Shown here one piece after another: positions 32,799 to 43,031 of a stretch of 64,000 nucleotides of DNA (position 1 is its first letter; each line of letters opens with the position of its first letter). The DNA is taken from contig CAWKKR010000006.1 in the NCBI GenBank assembly GCA_963850305.1, positions 128,001-192,000 on the forward strand, given 5' to 3'. The translations under genes were made by a program, and so were the position numbers. Under the pieces are notes generated by a model, which saw only the letters and a program-made list of their open reading frames with translations, was not told the DNA's origin and did no database searches. The DNA comes from an uncultured delta proteobacterium. GTDB lineage: Bacteria > Myxococcota_A > Polyangia > Polyangiales > Polyangiaceae.

Positions 32799-34036
32799 CG
32801 GCCGGACTCGAAGAGTCGCCGCCGCGCGTCGCGCTCGTACTCGCGGGCGGCGGGGCCCGCGGTGCGTACGAAGTCGGCGTCATCCGGTACATTCTCGAGG
32901 AGCTGCCGAAGCGGCTCCGGCGGGAGGTGCCGCTCGACATTCTGTGCGGGACCTCGGTCGGCGCGATCAACGTGTGTCTGCTGGCGGCCTACGCCGACGC
33001 CCCTCAGCTCCGGGCCAGGCTGCTCGTCGATCGCTGGCGGGCCTTGAAGGTCGACCAGATCCTCAAGCCCGACCCCATCGAGTTCGTCGCGTTGATGCGC
33101 GAGCTGGTCGGCGCAAAAACGCGCGCGGTCTTGGGGAAGGCGCCCAGGGGCGGCCTGGTGGACCCCGCGGGTCTCACCAAGGTCCTGACAGACTCGATTC
33201 CATTCGAGCGCATCGACGGACACTTCGCAACTGGCCGAATTCGCGCGGCGAGCGTATCGGCGACCCACGTCGGCACGGGTCGGACGGTGGTCTTCGTGCA
33301 GCATCTGGATGACCACATTCCCGCATGGGGCCCGCACGCAACGATGGTCCGCCGGCAGGTGAACATCCGGCTCGACCACGCGCTCGCGTCTGCGGCCATC
33401 CCGTTCGTCTTTCCCGCCGTGAGCATCGATGGCGAGCTCTATTGCGACGGTGGGTTGCGGCAGAACGTGCCACTTGCGCCCGCGCGCCGCCTGGGAGCCG
33501 ATCGCCTGCTCGTGGTGAATCCACACTACGTCGGACCGGTGAACCCCGCCATCGAGCGTCAGAGAGAGGAGGCCTTCGCGGGGCCGGCGTTCCTGCTCGG
33601 CAAGACGCTGAATGCGCTCCTCCTCGATCGCCTGGACGGGGACGTCGAGCGCCTGGTGCGGATCAATGACATTCTCGCCGCCGGGAGCCGTGAATACGGG
33701 GACGGGTTTCCTGACGCCCTGAACCGACAACTGGGGGTGCCGGAGGGTGATCCGGGGCTGCGCTGGATTCGCACGAAGGTCATTCGCGCGTCGGAAGACA
33801 TTGGCCGGCTCTGCGGCGACTTCGTTCGAGGCCCGGCGTTCGAACGGAGCCGCAAGGGACTGACCGGCCGCGCCCTGCGGCGGCTTGCACGGAGCGAGGG
33901 GATGGAAGAGGCCGATTTGCTATCGTATATCCTCTTCGACGGCGAGTTCGCATCCGAGCTCATCGCGCTGGGTGAGTCGGACGCGCGCGCCCAGAGCGAC
34001 GCGCTCTGCGAATTCTTCGAAGACACGCTCCGGTGA
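32795..34036 (+). CDS. Patatin-like phospholipase
   Basis: GGGARG, GTSVG, ASAAIP, DGG motifs. Confidence 0.92.
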   Translation: MTAGLEESPPRVALVLAGGGARGAYEVGVIRYILEELPKRLRREVPLDILCGTSVGAINVCLLAAYADAPQLRARLLVDRWRALKVDQILKPDPIEFVALMRELVGAKTRAVLGKAPRGGLVDPAGLTKVLTDSIPFERIDGHFATGRIRAASVSATHVGTGRTVVFVQHLDDHIPAWGPHATMVRRQVNIRLDHALASAAIPFVFPAVSIDGELYCDGGLRQNVPLAPARRLGADRLLVVNPHYVGPVNPAIERQREEAFAGPAFLLGKTLNALLLDRLDGDVERLVRINDILAAGSREYGDGFPDALNRQLGVPEGDPGLRWIRTKVIRASEDIGRLCGDFVRGPAFERSRKGLTGRALRRLARSEGMEEADLLSYILFDGEFASELIALGESDARAQSDALCEFFEDTLR

Positions 34037-34039
34037 AGC

Positions 34040-34738
34040 TCAGCGGAGCCGGCCCGGCAAACGCACGACCTTGGCGCCTTCGGGCGGCGGGTCCACCGGG
34101 GGGAGCGCAATCACGAGTCTCTCGACGATCGGCATCGCGTGGAGCAGCGCGCCGAGAGCGGTGAGCTCCGACTCCAGCTTTTCGAACACCACCGCGATCA
34201 CGTAAAGGCCCGCGAAGGGACGCGCGAGGCACTCCATCCGGTTCGCGAGCCGTAGACGCGTGGTGTGACTCGGCCGCAGCTCCGCCCGCGCATCACGCAC
34301 CTGGACGATCGTGCTCTCGAGCACCGTGTCGGCATTCGCCCGTTCGCCCATCGATACCCCCCAGATGACGGGGGAGGCGAGATCGAACACCACGGCGCCG
34401 TTCGCGCCGACCCGTTCACGAAGGCGCTCGAGTTCGTCGTTGAGGCGTCGGCCGGCGATCTCCGGGGGCGTCTGAGACGGCGGCGCGCCGAGCGCGTGCT
34501 CCGCGTTGCCGAACAGTGACCCCAGCATCGCTTCGAGGCGTGACTCCACGGCCGGGCGTTCTTTGGGCGGTTCGTCGAACACCACGACGACACGTCCGCC
34601 GCTCGGTGCGATCCGAAAAACGATTCGCGGGTCGATGGGATCTCGCCCGCCGAGCTCGACGCGAGCGTCCGCAGCGCCAAGTTCTCGAACGAGGAGTTCC
34701 AGGAAGCGGATCAGGCTCGGGTCAGTCACGGGCTGCAC
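34040..34738 (-). CDS. Hypothetical protein
   Basis: 232-aa ORF filling the gap between convergent patatin and divergent pgi. Confidence 0.65.
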   Translation of the reverse strand: MQPVTDPSLIRFLELLVRELGAADARVELGGRDPIDPRIVFRIAPSGGRVVVVFDEPPKERPAVESRLEAMLGSLFGNAEHALGAPPSQTPPEIAGRRLNDELERLRERVGANGAVVFDLASPVIWGVSMGERANADTVLESTIVQVRDARAELRPSHTTRLRLANRMECLARPFAGLYVIAVVFEKLESELTALGALLHAMPIVERLVIALPPVDPPPEGAKVVRLPGRLR

Positions 34739-34767
34739 TCTACGCCAGTTTCCATCATAATGCGCCC

Positions 34768-36414
34768 ATGACGACGCTCACCGACACGCCTGCGTTCCGT
34801 GCTCTCGTCGAGCACCACCGGGCCATGAAAGCCGATCACCTCCGCGATGCATTTCTGGCGGATCCGCAACGGGTTTCTGGATTCTCGCTGGAGCTCGGCG
34901 ATCTGCTCTTCGATTTCTCGAAGCATCGCATCCGGCGTGAGACGATGAGTCTGCTCGTCCGTCTGGCCGAGGACCGCGGGGTCCCAAACCTTGCGGCAGG
35001 CATGTTTCACGGGGACGCGATCAACGTCACGGAGCATCGTGCCGTGCTGCATGTCGCCCTGCGGAACCGATCCGATCGTCCGATCCACGTCGATGGACGG
35101 GACGTGATGCCGGACGTGCGACGCGTGCTCGCGAAGATGCGAACGTTCTCGGAGAGCGTCCGGAGCGGCGCGCACCTCGGTCATACCGGCAAGAAGATCA
35201 CTGACGTCGTCAACATCGGCATCGGCGGCTCGGATCTCGGCCCGCACCTCGTGTGCGAGGCGCTGAAGCCCTACTGGAGCGCAGGGCTTCGCGCCCACTT
35301 CGTCTCGAACGTCGACGCGACGCACCTCGTGGAGACGCTCGAGGGCCTCTCGCCCGAGACGACACTCTTCACGGTCGCGTCCAAGACGTTCACGACGCAA
35401 GAGACGATGACCAACGCCGACTCCGCGCGACGGTGGCTGGTGAAGGCTCTCGGGTCGGACGCCGCCGTGGCCAAGCACTTCGTTGCCATCTCTACGAACC
35501 TCGAGGCCGTGAAGAAGTTCGGCATCGATCCGGCGAACATGTTCGAGTTCTGGGATTGGGTGGGGGGACGGTATTCGCTCTGGTCTGCGATCGGTTTGCC
35601 GATTGCGCTCGTGGCCGGCTTCGAAGCGTTCGAGCGGCTCCTCGAGGGCGCGTACGAGGCCGACGAGCACTTCCGGACCACGCCGCTCGAGAAGAACATT
35701 CCCGTCGTGATGGGGCTCCTCGGGATCTGGTACGTGAATTTTTTTGGGGCCGAGACGCACGCGGTGCTCCCGTACGACCAGTACCTGGAGCTCTTGCCGG
35801 CGTTCTTGCAACAGCTCGACATGGAGAGTGACGGCAAGAGCGTCGAGCGCGACGGAACGCGAGTTCGTTCGTACACGACGGGCCCCGTCGTGTGGGGCGC
35901 CGCGGGAACGAACGGGCAGCACGCGTTCTACCAGCTCCTGCATCAAGGGACGCGCCTCGTTCCGGCGGACTTCATCGTCAGCGCGCGGAGCCACAACCCT
36001 ATGGGCGATCACCAGGACAAACTCGTTGCCAATTGCCTTGCGCAAACCGAAGCGCTGATGCGCGGTAAGACGGAGGACGAAGTGCTGGCCGAACTCGAGC
36101 GGGGAGGGATGTCGGTCGAAGCCCGGAAGGCGCTCGCTCCTCATCGCGTGTTCGAAGGCAACCGGCCGACGAGCACGTTTTTCATGGACCAGCTGACGCC
36201 GCATTCGATGGGCCGTCTCCTTTCGCTCTACGAGCACAAGGTCTTCGTCCAGGGTGCCATCTGGAACGTGAACAGCTTCGACCAGTGGGGCGTGGAACTC
36301 GGCAAGGTCCTCGCGGGGAAGATCCTCGGCGAATTCGGCAAGCCCGCACTCGAAGGCACCCACGACGCCTCGACCACCACGCTCATTGCCCGATATCAGA
36401 CGCGGCGTCATTGA
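34768..36414 (+). CDS. pgi: Glucose-6-phosphate isomerase
   Basis: [57 protein letters not shown]. Confidence 0.98.
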   Translation: MTTLTDTPAFRALVEHHRAMKADHLRDAFLADPQRVSGFSLELGDLLFDFSKHRIRRETMSLLVRLAEDRGVPNLAAGMFHGDAINVTEHRAVLHVALRNRSDRPIHVDGRDVMPDVRRVLAKMRTFSESVRSGAHLGHTGKKITDVVNIGIGGSDLGPHLVCEALKPYWSAGLRAHFVSNVDATHLVETLEGLSPETTLFTVASKTFTTQETMTNADSARRWLVKALGSDAAVAKHFVAISTNLEAVKKFGIDPANMFEFWDWVGGRYSLWSAIGLPIALVAGFEAFERLLEGAYEADEHFRTTPLEKNIPVVMGLLGIWYVNFFGAETHAVLPYDQYLELLPAFLQQLDMESDGKSVERDGTRVRSYTTGPVVWGAAGTNGQHAFYQLLHQGTRLVPADFIVSARSHNPMGDHQDKLVANCLAQTEALMRGKTEDEVLAELERGGMSVEARKALAPHRVFEGNRPTSTFFMDQLTPHSMGRLLSLYEHKVFVQGAIWNVNSFDQWGVELGKVLAGKILGEFGKPALEGTHDASTTTLIARYQTRRH

Positions 36415-36454
36415 CCCCCCTGAAGCCTCGATTCGTGGCATCTTCCCGGCCGCG

Positions 36455-37612
36455 ATGCAGCTCAAATACGGAACGAATCCACACCAGAGTTACGCATCCG
36501 TAGAACCCGTGGGTTCGAGGGATTTGCCGGTGCGGATTTTGAACGGCACGCCCTCCCTGATCAACTTTCTCGACGCCCTGAACGCGTGGCAACTCGTTCA
36601 CGAAGCGCGAGCCGCACTCGGCTTGCCCGCGGCGGCAAGCTTCAAGCACGTGTCTCCCGCCGGCGCGGCAGTCGCCGTGCCGCTCGACGACACGCTCGCG
36701 CGTGCGTACGAGGTGCGCGGCAAGGACCTGAGCCCGGCGGCCGTCGCGTACGTCCGTGCGCGCGGAGCGGACCCCAAGAGCTCGTTCGGAGATTTCGTCG
36801 CGCTCTCGGATCGCGTGGACCGGGAGACGGCGGAGTTCCTCAAGGGAGTCGTCTCCGACGGCATCGTCGCTCCCGGCTTCGATGAAGCGGCGCTGGCGAT
36901 CCTCAAGGCAAAAAAGGCGGGAGCCTTCATCGTGATGGAAGCGGACGCGAGCTACGTTCCCCCGTCGCGCGAGTCACGTGAGCTCTTCGGCGTCCGCCTG
37001 ACGCAGGATCGCAACCAGCACGCGATCGGCAAGGCCGATCTCGCCTCGGTGCGGACGGGAGAGCTCACGGAAGACGCGGTTCGAGACCTCGTCCTCGGGC
37101 TCATCACCATCAAGTACACGCAATCGAACTCCGTCGGTTACGCGCTCGGCGGGCAGATGATCGGCATCGGCGCGGGCCAGCAGTCGCGGGTGGATTGCAC
37201 GAAGCTCGCCGGTGCCAAGGCCGACGTGTGGAACCTGGGACTTCATCCGAAGGTCGTCGGATTGCCCTTCAAAGCGGACCTGAAGCGACAGGAACGCATC
37301 AACTGGCGCGTTCGATACATCGAGGGCGACCTCACGCGTGAAGAAAGAACGGCGTTCCAGGACGTGCTCACGGCGAAAGTGGAGTCGCTCACGGAAAGCG
37401 AGAAGCAAGACTTTCTGTCGAAGGTCACCGGAGTGAGTCTCGTCTCGGACGGCTTCATTCCCTTCCGAGACAACATCGATCATGCCTCGAAGCACGGCGT
37501 CCGGTTCATCGCGGAGCCCGGCGGTTCGGCCCGAGACGCGGAGGTCGAGAGTGCCTGCCGCGAGTACGGAATGACGCTCGTCCACACGAACCTGCGGCTC
37601 TTCCACCACTGA
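36455..37612 (+). CDS. purH: AICAR transformylase (PurH-family, lacking the IMP cyclohydrolase domain)
   Basis: Starts at LKYGTNPHQ; SFKHVSPAG, KYTQSNSV, GAGQQSR, SDGFIPFRD, LRLFHH. Confidence 0.88.
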   Translation: MQLKYGTNPHQSYASVEPVGSRDLPVRILNGTPSLINFLDALNAWQLVHEARAALGLPAAASFKHVSPAGAAVAVPLDDTLARAYEVRGKDLSPAAVAYVRARGADPKSSFGDFVALSDRVDRETAEFLKGVVSDGIVAPGFDEAALAILKAKKAGAFIVMEADASYVPPSRESRELFGVRLTQDRNQHAIGKADLASVRTGELTEDAVRDLVLGLITIKYTQSNSVGYALGGQMIGIGAGQQSRVDCTKLAGAKADVWNLGLHPKVVGLPFKADLKRQERINWRVRYIEGDLTREERTAFQDVLTAKVESLTESEKQDFLSKVTGVSLVSDGFIPFRDNIDHASKHGVRFIAEPGGSARDAEVESACREYGMTLVHTNLRLFHH

Positions 37613-37636
37613 TCGCCCCCGGGCGAAGCAGCGGGC

Positions 37637-39796
37637 CTATACGAGGTTCCACGACGCGGCTCGAACCATGCCCGAGCAGAGCCCGATGAAGATGGCGCGA
37701 AGCGCGTCCGACATCGGGATCCCGCCTTGCGTTGCGTGCGTGACGACGTCGCGCACGGTGGCTGTACCGTCCGCGAGCGCCAGCACCGCCGTCTCCGCGG
37801 CGGATAGCCCGAGGATGGTCGGCGCCGCCTGTGGCGAAGCGGGGAGCAGAGCCTCCTTCGTCACCGGTCGCAGGAGAGTCGCGATATCGCCGGGCGCGTA
37901 CTGTTCACGGACGAGTCGGGTGAGGACCTCCAGTGTCGGTTCCCGGGTGCGCACGTGGTGGGACTGGTCGAGCCTCGCGCCGCCGAAGAATCGAATCTCT
38001 CCGGCGCGCCAGCCGTAAACGGCTCCGAGACGATCTTCGAGCTGGCGCGCGAGCTCCCGGACCAGCTGGGCTGCGCCGAGCGCGCCGAACGACACGAGCG
38101 CCTCGCCGAGCCGAAATGGCGGCTGACTCCCGAGCGCGAGCTCGACCGCTTTCTCGGTGACGATCCGTGACTGAATCAGCCTTCGTCCGAGGAGCTCATC
38201 GCGGTCCGTCGATGCGACGAACACCGGGTCGCCCTTTTCGAAGAAGATCCGCTTCCGCCGCTTGCCGTCGACCGCCACGAGGAGGCCGCTCGTGCGCCCG
38301 AGGGCGAGCCGATAGAGCGCAGAGGGCAGCGCGGTTGCATCGATGCGCTGCAGCCAATCCGGCGACGCGAGCTCATCGTCGCGGAATTGATAAGCCGGAT
38401 GAGCCGCCAGTGCGGCGAGTGCCGGCACGGTCGACGCGGGAATGAACGTGTCCGCTTGAATCGAAACATTGGAGCGCGCAGACAGTCGCCCCGTGGCGAT
38501 CAGCGCGAGCATCTCGGCACGCGACAGGGGGCCCACGATGGCTCCCGAGCGCGCACGGATTCTATATGTCGCCGACCCGGGTCGACGCTTGGAGACGCCC
38601 TCCGCGATGGACGATGGCGACGGGGTCTCGGGAGGAGGGGACTCGGGCGCTGCCGCTCTGGCTGCCGGGGCGTCGGACGGCAGACACCGAACGACGAGCA
38701 TCTCGCTGACCTCCGAGGGCTGGGGTGGCGTGTCCGATTCGGGGCGCCGCTCTTCCGGCGGCTCGTGCCGGGGTTCCGAAGGCGGCGAACCGCCCGGACC
38801 CGGCAGCGGCGGTGGCCCTCGCCGGGGGCGCGCGTTCGAGTACGCGGACGGTCGCGTCCCGCTCGAGGAGGGCAGCATCCTGTGCAGGAACGGCACGACC
38901 GTCGTGTCGTCGAGGCGAATCGAGCGGTGGGCTGCGACGTCGGCCAGCGCGTTCGCGAATTCGCGCGCCGTCTGAAATCGCTCCGCCGGGCGGTGCGCGA
39001 GCGCGCGCTCGAGCACTCCGGTGACGTCCGCCGGGATCCCGCCGTCCCGCACCAGCCCGAGTTCGCCGCGCGAGATGCGCGTGATCACCTCGAGATCGCT
39101 CTTGCCCCCGAACAGAGTGCGTCCCGCGATCATCTCCGCGAGCACGATGCCCGCGGCGAAGAGATCGCTCCGCGCATCGACGTCCCCGCCGAGGATTTGC
39201 TCGGGCGACATGTATCGAAGCTTGCCCTTGAGCTCGCCGGGATACGTCCGCCGTTCCGCGAGAAGACTCCGCGTGATGCCGAAGTCGATGAGCTTCACGT
39301 TGCCGATGCGGCTCACGAGGATGTTCGACGGTGAGACGTCGCGGTGCACCACACCGAGCGCGCGCCCGTTCTCGTCCGTCGCCTCGTGGGCAAACGCGAG
39401 CGCCGTGAGCATCTCGTGCGCGACGTAAAGCGCCGCGCCGATGGGCAGTGTCTCGCCTCGCTGCGCGGCGGTTCGAAGGAGGAGCGAGCACGAGACTCCG
39501 TCCACGTACTCCATGACGATGAAAAACTGACCGTCGTCCTCGCCGAACTCGATGACCTGTGCGATGTTGGGATGTGTGAGCGTCGCGGCGATGCGCGCCT
39601 CGTCGCAGAACATCTGGACGAACTGCGCGTCCTCGGACAACTCCGGCAGTATCCGCTTCAGTGCGACGCGCTTCGTGAAGCCACGCGGACCGCTCCGTCG
39701 CGCCAGATAGACTTCCGCCATGCCGCCCGCGCCGAGCTTTCGCTCGATTACATAGGCGCCGACCGTCATCCCGGTTTCGGCATGCAGCTCGGCCAT
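37637..39796 (-). CDS. Ser/Thr protein kinase with Pro-rich linker, GYF-like and DUF4388-like C-terminal domains
   Basis: GAGGMAEV, HRDVSPSN, DFG, YMSPEQ; TSGLL...KRIFFEKGDPV. Confidence 0.9.
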   Translation of the reverse strand: MAELHAETGMTVGAYVIERKLGAGGMAEVYLARRSGPRGFTKRVALKRILPELSEDAQFVQMFCDEARIAATLTHPNIAQVIEFGEDDGQFFIVMEYVDGVSCSLLLRTAAQRGETLPIGAALYVAHEMLTALAFAHEATDENGRALGVVHRDVSPSNILVSRIGNVKLIDFGITRSLLAERRTYPGELKGKLRYMSPEQILGGDVDARSDLFAAGIVLAEMIAGRTLFGGKSDLEVITRISRGELGLVRDGGIPADVTGVLERALAHRPAERFQTAREFANALADVAAHRSIRLDDTTVVPFLHRMLPSSSGTRPSAYSNARPRRGPPPLPGPGGSPPSEPRHEPPEERRPESDTPPQPSEVSEMLVVRCLPSDAPAARAAAPESPPPETPSPSSIAEGVSKRRPGSATYRIRARSGAIVGPLSRAEMLALIATGRLSARSNVSIQADTFIPASTVPALAALAAHPAYQFRDDELASPDWLQRIDATALPSALYRLALGRTSGLLVAVDGKRRKRIFFEKGDPVFVASTDRDELLGRRLIQSRIVTEKAVELALGSQPPFRLGEALVSFGALGAAQLVRELARQLEDRLGAVYGWRAGEIRFFGGARLDQSHHVRTREPTLEVLTRLVREQYAPGDIATLLRPVTKEALLPASPQAAPTILGLSAAETAVLALADGTATVRDVVTHATQGGIPMSDALRAIFIGLCSGMVRAASWNLV

Positions 39797-39935
39797 CAAT
39801 GGCAGAGTAAACGAAGCGGCGCGCGCGCGCACGCCATGAGCCCGGAATTTTCCGAGTGAGTGCGAGCGTGTGGGACGTTTGTCTACGGGCAGCCGCGACC
39901 CGCCCCGCGTCTCGCCGAAGTGGCAGGGGCAACCG

Positions 39936-41030
39936 TCAGTCGGGGAACTGGTTTCGTACGTCGGCGCACGTCGCTCCATCGGAAAGACGAACGGCGTCGA
40001 ACGTGCCTAGGCCGGTCGGGCTGAACTGGGGCCGTATTCCGTTGATGAAGGCGGCCTCGGTCGTGTCGCACGCAGTGCCGTCCGTCTTTCTGCAGCCGAC
40101 TACCGTCGATTGGATGCCCGACTGCCCGTTCACCGGTACGATCGTCGCGGTCCCCTTCACCTCATCGCAACTGACGACCGTTGCCGACAGTGACGACACT
40201 GTGCGCTCCGCGATGTAGATGAGATTGGCCCCGAGACCAAAGACAGCCGTCGGTGGCAACGAGTATCCGGTGCCGGTCGCCGGAACGACCGTCACCCCAG
40301 GCTCGCCATCGAGATCCTGATCCTGGAGATCGAGCGCGGTTGCGGCGGGCCACGGCGCGGTGGTTGCGTTGTCCAGGATCGCACCGACGACGAACGCGAA
40401 GGGATCCGTTTGAATGACGAAGCCGCTCGCCTGGAAGCTGCCGTGCCATACGAAGGGGACCCAGGGGATGGCCCCGGCGTCGAAGACGCTGTCCGGGAAT
40501 CGAATCCCGAACTTGGCGTAGCCCGCCGTCAGATCACCTTGAAGATCCGGAAGCAGAATGCTGCAAGGCACCGTCGTCGAGTCGATGTCGATTCCGTCCT
40601 GGTGCTGGATCGCCAGATTCCATTGTTCGACGTTGCCATTTCCGGCGTCGAGAATGAGGGGATCCGTCGCGGGCCAGTTCACGGGTACGATCGTGTGCGT
40701 GGCCCAGGTGCCGGAGAAGTCGCACGGCGAACCGAGGCCTGCGCCGCCCGCGCCGGCGTTGCCTCCCGGGTCCGTGCCGCCCGTCGCGAACCCGCCTGTA
40801 CCGCTGGCGCCAGCGGCGTTGGGATAACCGCCACTCGCCGGCATGGCGAACCCCCCGGTGCCTCCTGGTGGGAATCCGAAGGTGCCTCCGGCACCATCTT
40901 CACCACCGCTTCCAGCCGGCAGCGGGGCGCTCGTCGCGAACAGACCTGCGCTGCTGGTCGAGCCGCACGCGACGGCGCTCATGGGCACCGTCAGTAGTGC
41001 CAGCGGCAAAATAAGGGAGCGGGTAGTCAC
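39936..41030 (-). CDS. Hypothetical lipoprotein
   Basis: AVAC lipobox, Gly-rich linker, Cys-containing beta-rich domain. Confidence 0.75.
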   Translation of the reverse strand: MTTRSLILPLALLTVPMSAVACGSTSSAGLFATSAPLPAGSGGEDGAGGTFGFPPGGTGGFAMPASGGYPNAAGASGTGGFATGGTDPGGNAGAGGAGLGSPCDFSGTWATHTIVPVNWPATDPLILDAGNGNVEQWNLAIQHQDGIDIDSTTVPCSILLPDLQGDLTAGYAKFGIRFPDSVFDAGAIPWVPFVWHGSFQASGFVIQTDPFAFVVGAILDNATTAPWPAATALDLQDQDLDGEPGVTVVPATGTGYSLPPTAVFGLGANLIYIAERTVSSLSATVVSCDEVKGTATIVPVNGQSGIQSTVVGCRKTDGTACDTTEAAFINGIRPQFSPTGLGTFDAVRLSDGATCADVRNQFPD

Positions 41031-41075
41031 CGGGCGGAGTGCTGGAGTTTAGCGCCTTCCCCGCGATCGACGAGG

Positions 41076-42242
41076 TCAGTCCAGGATGATGGTGGGCTTG
41101 CACCCGAGCTGGATGCTCACGGTGCCGGCCGCAAAATTCGCGCAGGTGCCCGGACAGATGAGGATGTTCTTCGGTGTGGTCTGGTCGTCGTAGTACCAGC
41201 CCTGGTTCGCGTTCAGGGCGCAGCCGCCGAGATCGCCGACCTTCGGCACCTCCGCACTCACGGTGGAGGTACTGGGCGTGTATTCCACTCTGACCAGGTC
41301 GGTGTTGACCACGACCGGCGGTTGGCCCGGGGGCTGATCCGGGGCCGGGATGGGGAATGAACACTGGAGCGGCGTGCTTGCGATACCAAGCAACGCGTTG
41401 ACGAACTGCGTCCCGATGTCCCCGTTGTTGATGAGCGTGGCTTGCCCCGTGCCGCCCGCTTTCGCGATCTGGTTGAGGTTGGTGCCGCCCGCGCCGAGGT
41501 TGAACCCGACGACGAACGTGCGGACCACCGGGTCCGTCGTGAATGCGGTCTTCGCGATCGTGGCGATGTCGGGGATCTCCTGCGGGGTGCATTCCGTCGG
41601 GAAGCCGTCCGTCACGAGCACGACTACCGGCGCGCGCCCCGGATGCGCGGGGCCCCACGTCTTCATGTGATTGATGGCGCCCTGGAGAGCGGGGCCCGTC
41701 GGAGTGAAGTCGTTCGGCTGCTCCGCGTTGATGATCGAAGTGAGTGCGCCGGCGTTGCCCGGCAGGAGCCCGATCTCGACGGCGGGAGTCGAATAGTCCG
41801 CCGTGCACGATGCGGGCGCGGTGCCGTCGATGGGGAAGAACTGGAGCCCGACGCCCATGTGCGCGTTCGCTGCCTGCTGGTTGTTCACGAAGGTCGCGAT
41901 GGCCTGTTGCGCCGTTGCCCACCAGGTGACCGGCGGATTCGTTCCGGGAATGGCGTCGGCCATCGACTCGGAGTGATCGAACATGATGTACATGTCGACC
42001 GGCACGGCCTCGGCCCCGTGTGCCTCCCCGACGCATACCTGCGAGGTCTTCAACCCACCGTCATCGCCGTTGTTCGCGCCGGTGCCGGAACTGCCCGTCC
42101 CCAGGAGCGACACGAAGCCACCGGCGCCGGTGTCGCCTCCCGACTCCTGCGCGGGGAACCCGCCGGAACCCGTTCCGGTCTTGCTGCTACATGCGCAGAG
42201 CGCGCCCAACCCGAGAAGAAAGCCCCAATGTCTTAGCGCCAT
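41076..42242 (-). CDS. vWA-domain lipoprotein
   Basis: LCAC lipobox; MIDAS DHSES, TPTGPAL, VTDG. Confidence 0.85.
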   Translation of the reverse strand: MALRHWGFLLGLGALCACSSKTGTGSGGFPAQESGGDTGAGGFVSLLGTGSSGTGANNGDDGGLKTSQVCVGEAHGAEAVPVDMYIMFDHSESMADAIPGTNPPVTWWATAQQAIATFVNNQQAANAHMGVGLQFFPIDGTAPASCTADYSTPAVEIGLLPGNAGALTSIINAEQPNDFTPTGPALQGAINHMKTWGPAHPGRAPVVVLVTDGFPTECTPQEIPDIATIAKTAFTTDPVVRTFVVGFNLGAGGTNLNQIAKAGGTGQATLINNGDIGTQFVNALLGIASTPLQCSFPIPAPDQPPGQPPVVVNTDLVRVEYTPSTSTVSAEVPKVGDLGGCALNANQGWYYDDQTTPKNILICPGTCANFAAGTVSIQLGCKPTIILD

Positions 42243-42364
42243 CGATGAACCTCGTTCGTGAACAAAGGACGCGTTTCGGCCGCGTGACCGGCATTGTAGC
42301 TTCCTCACACACCCCGGGCGACCTGATTCGGTGACGGCAAAAGTTTACGGCGCGACTGCGTGCG

Positions 42365-42982
42365 TCATTGCGAGATCCACATCACCGACAACAGGACGAG
42401 CCAGATGGCGCCGAGGTAATGCCAGTACCACACGCAAAATCGCACTCCGTCGCAGCGTGAGCTCGAGTACTCGCGCTGGGTCGCCCGGAAGATCACGATC
42501 GCCAGCGGGATGAACCCGCCGAGCACGTGGAGCGCGTGAAGGCCCGTCAGGAGATAGAACGTGAACGCGAAGAGCGTCGGTCGCGGTAGCGCCTGCTGCG
42601 CGTGGATCATGTGCGACCAGTTGAAGCCCTGACCCACGAGGAACGCACACGCGAACGCAAGTCCGATCCAGAGCGCGTGCCGGAGCGAGTCCTGGTGGTT
42701 CTCCCGGACGCTCAGGTACGCGCGGTGCATCGACGCGCTCACCCCGAAGATCATCGCCGTGCTCGCAATGAGACCCGCCGGCAACCCAGGCGAATTCTCC
42801 GGCCGCCAGATTTTCACGGTCGTGCGAGTTACGACGTAGGCGACCAGGGTCGCCGCGAAGAGCACGCCGATCACGCAGAAACCCAGGATGACCAGGAGTT
42901 GCTCGGAGGACATGCGAAAGGACGGCTGCCGCGGTCCTTGCGAATCCTCGGGATCGGGCTTCAATGAGTAGGTCTCGCGCAT
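42365..42982 (-). CDS. Heme-copper oxidase subunit III family protein (stand-alone)
   Basis: FYLLTGLHALHVLGG, WYWHYLGAIW. Confidence 0.88.
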   Translation of the reverse strand: MRETYSLKPDPEDSQGPRQPSFRMSSEQLLVILGFCVIGVLFAATLVAYVVTRTTVKIWRPENSPGLPAGLIASTAMIFGVSASMHRAYLSVRENHQDSLRHALWIGLAFACAFLVGQGFNWSHMIHAQQALPRPTLFAFTFYLLTGLHALHVLGGFIPLAIVIFRATQREYSSSRCDGVRFCVWYWHYLGAIWLVLLSVMWISQ

Positions 42983-43031
42983 CCGGGCCGGTCAGTGGTA
43001 GGACGGCGCGTCGACCCCCGCAAGGCGCATC

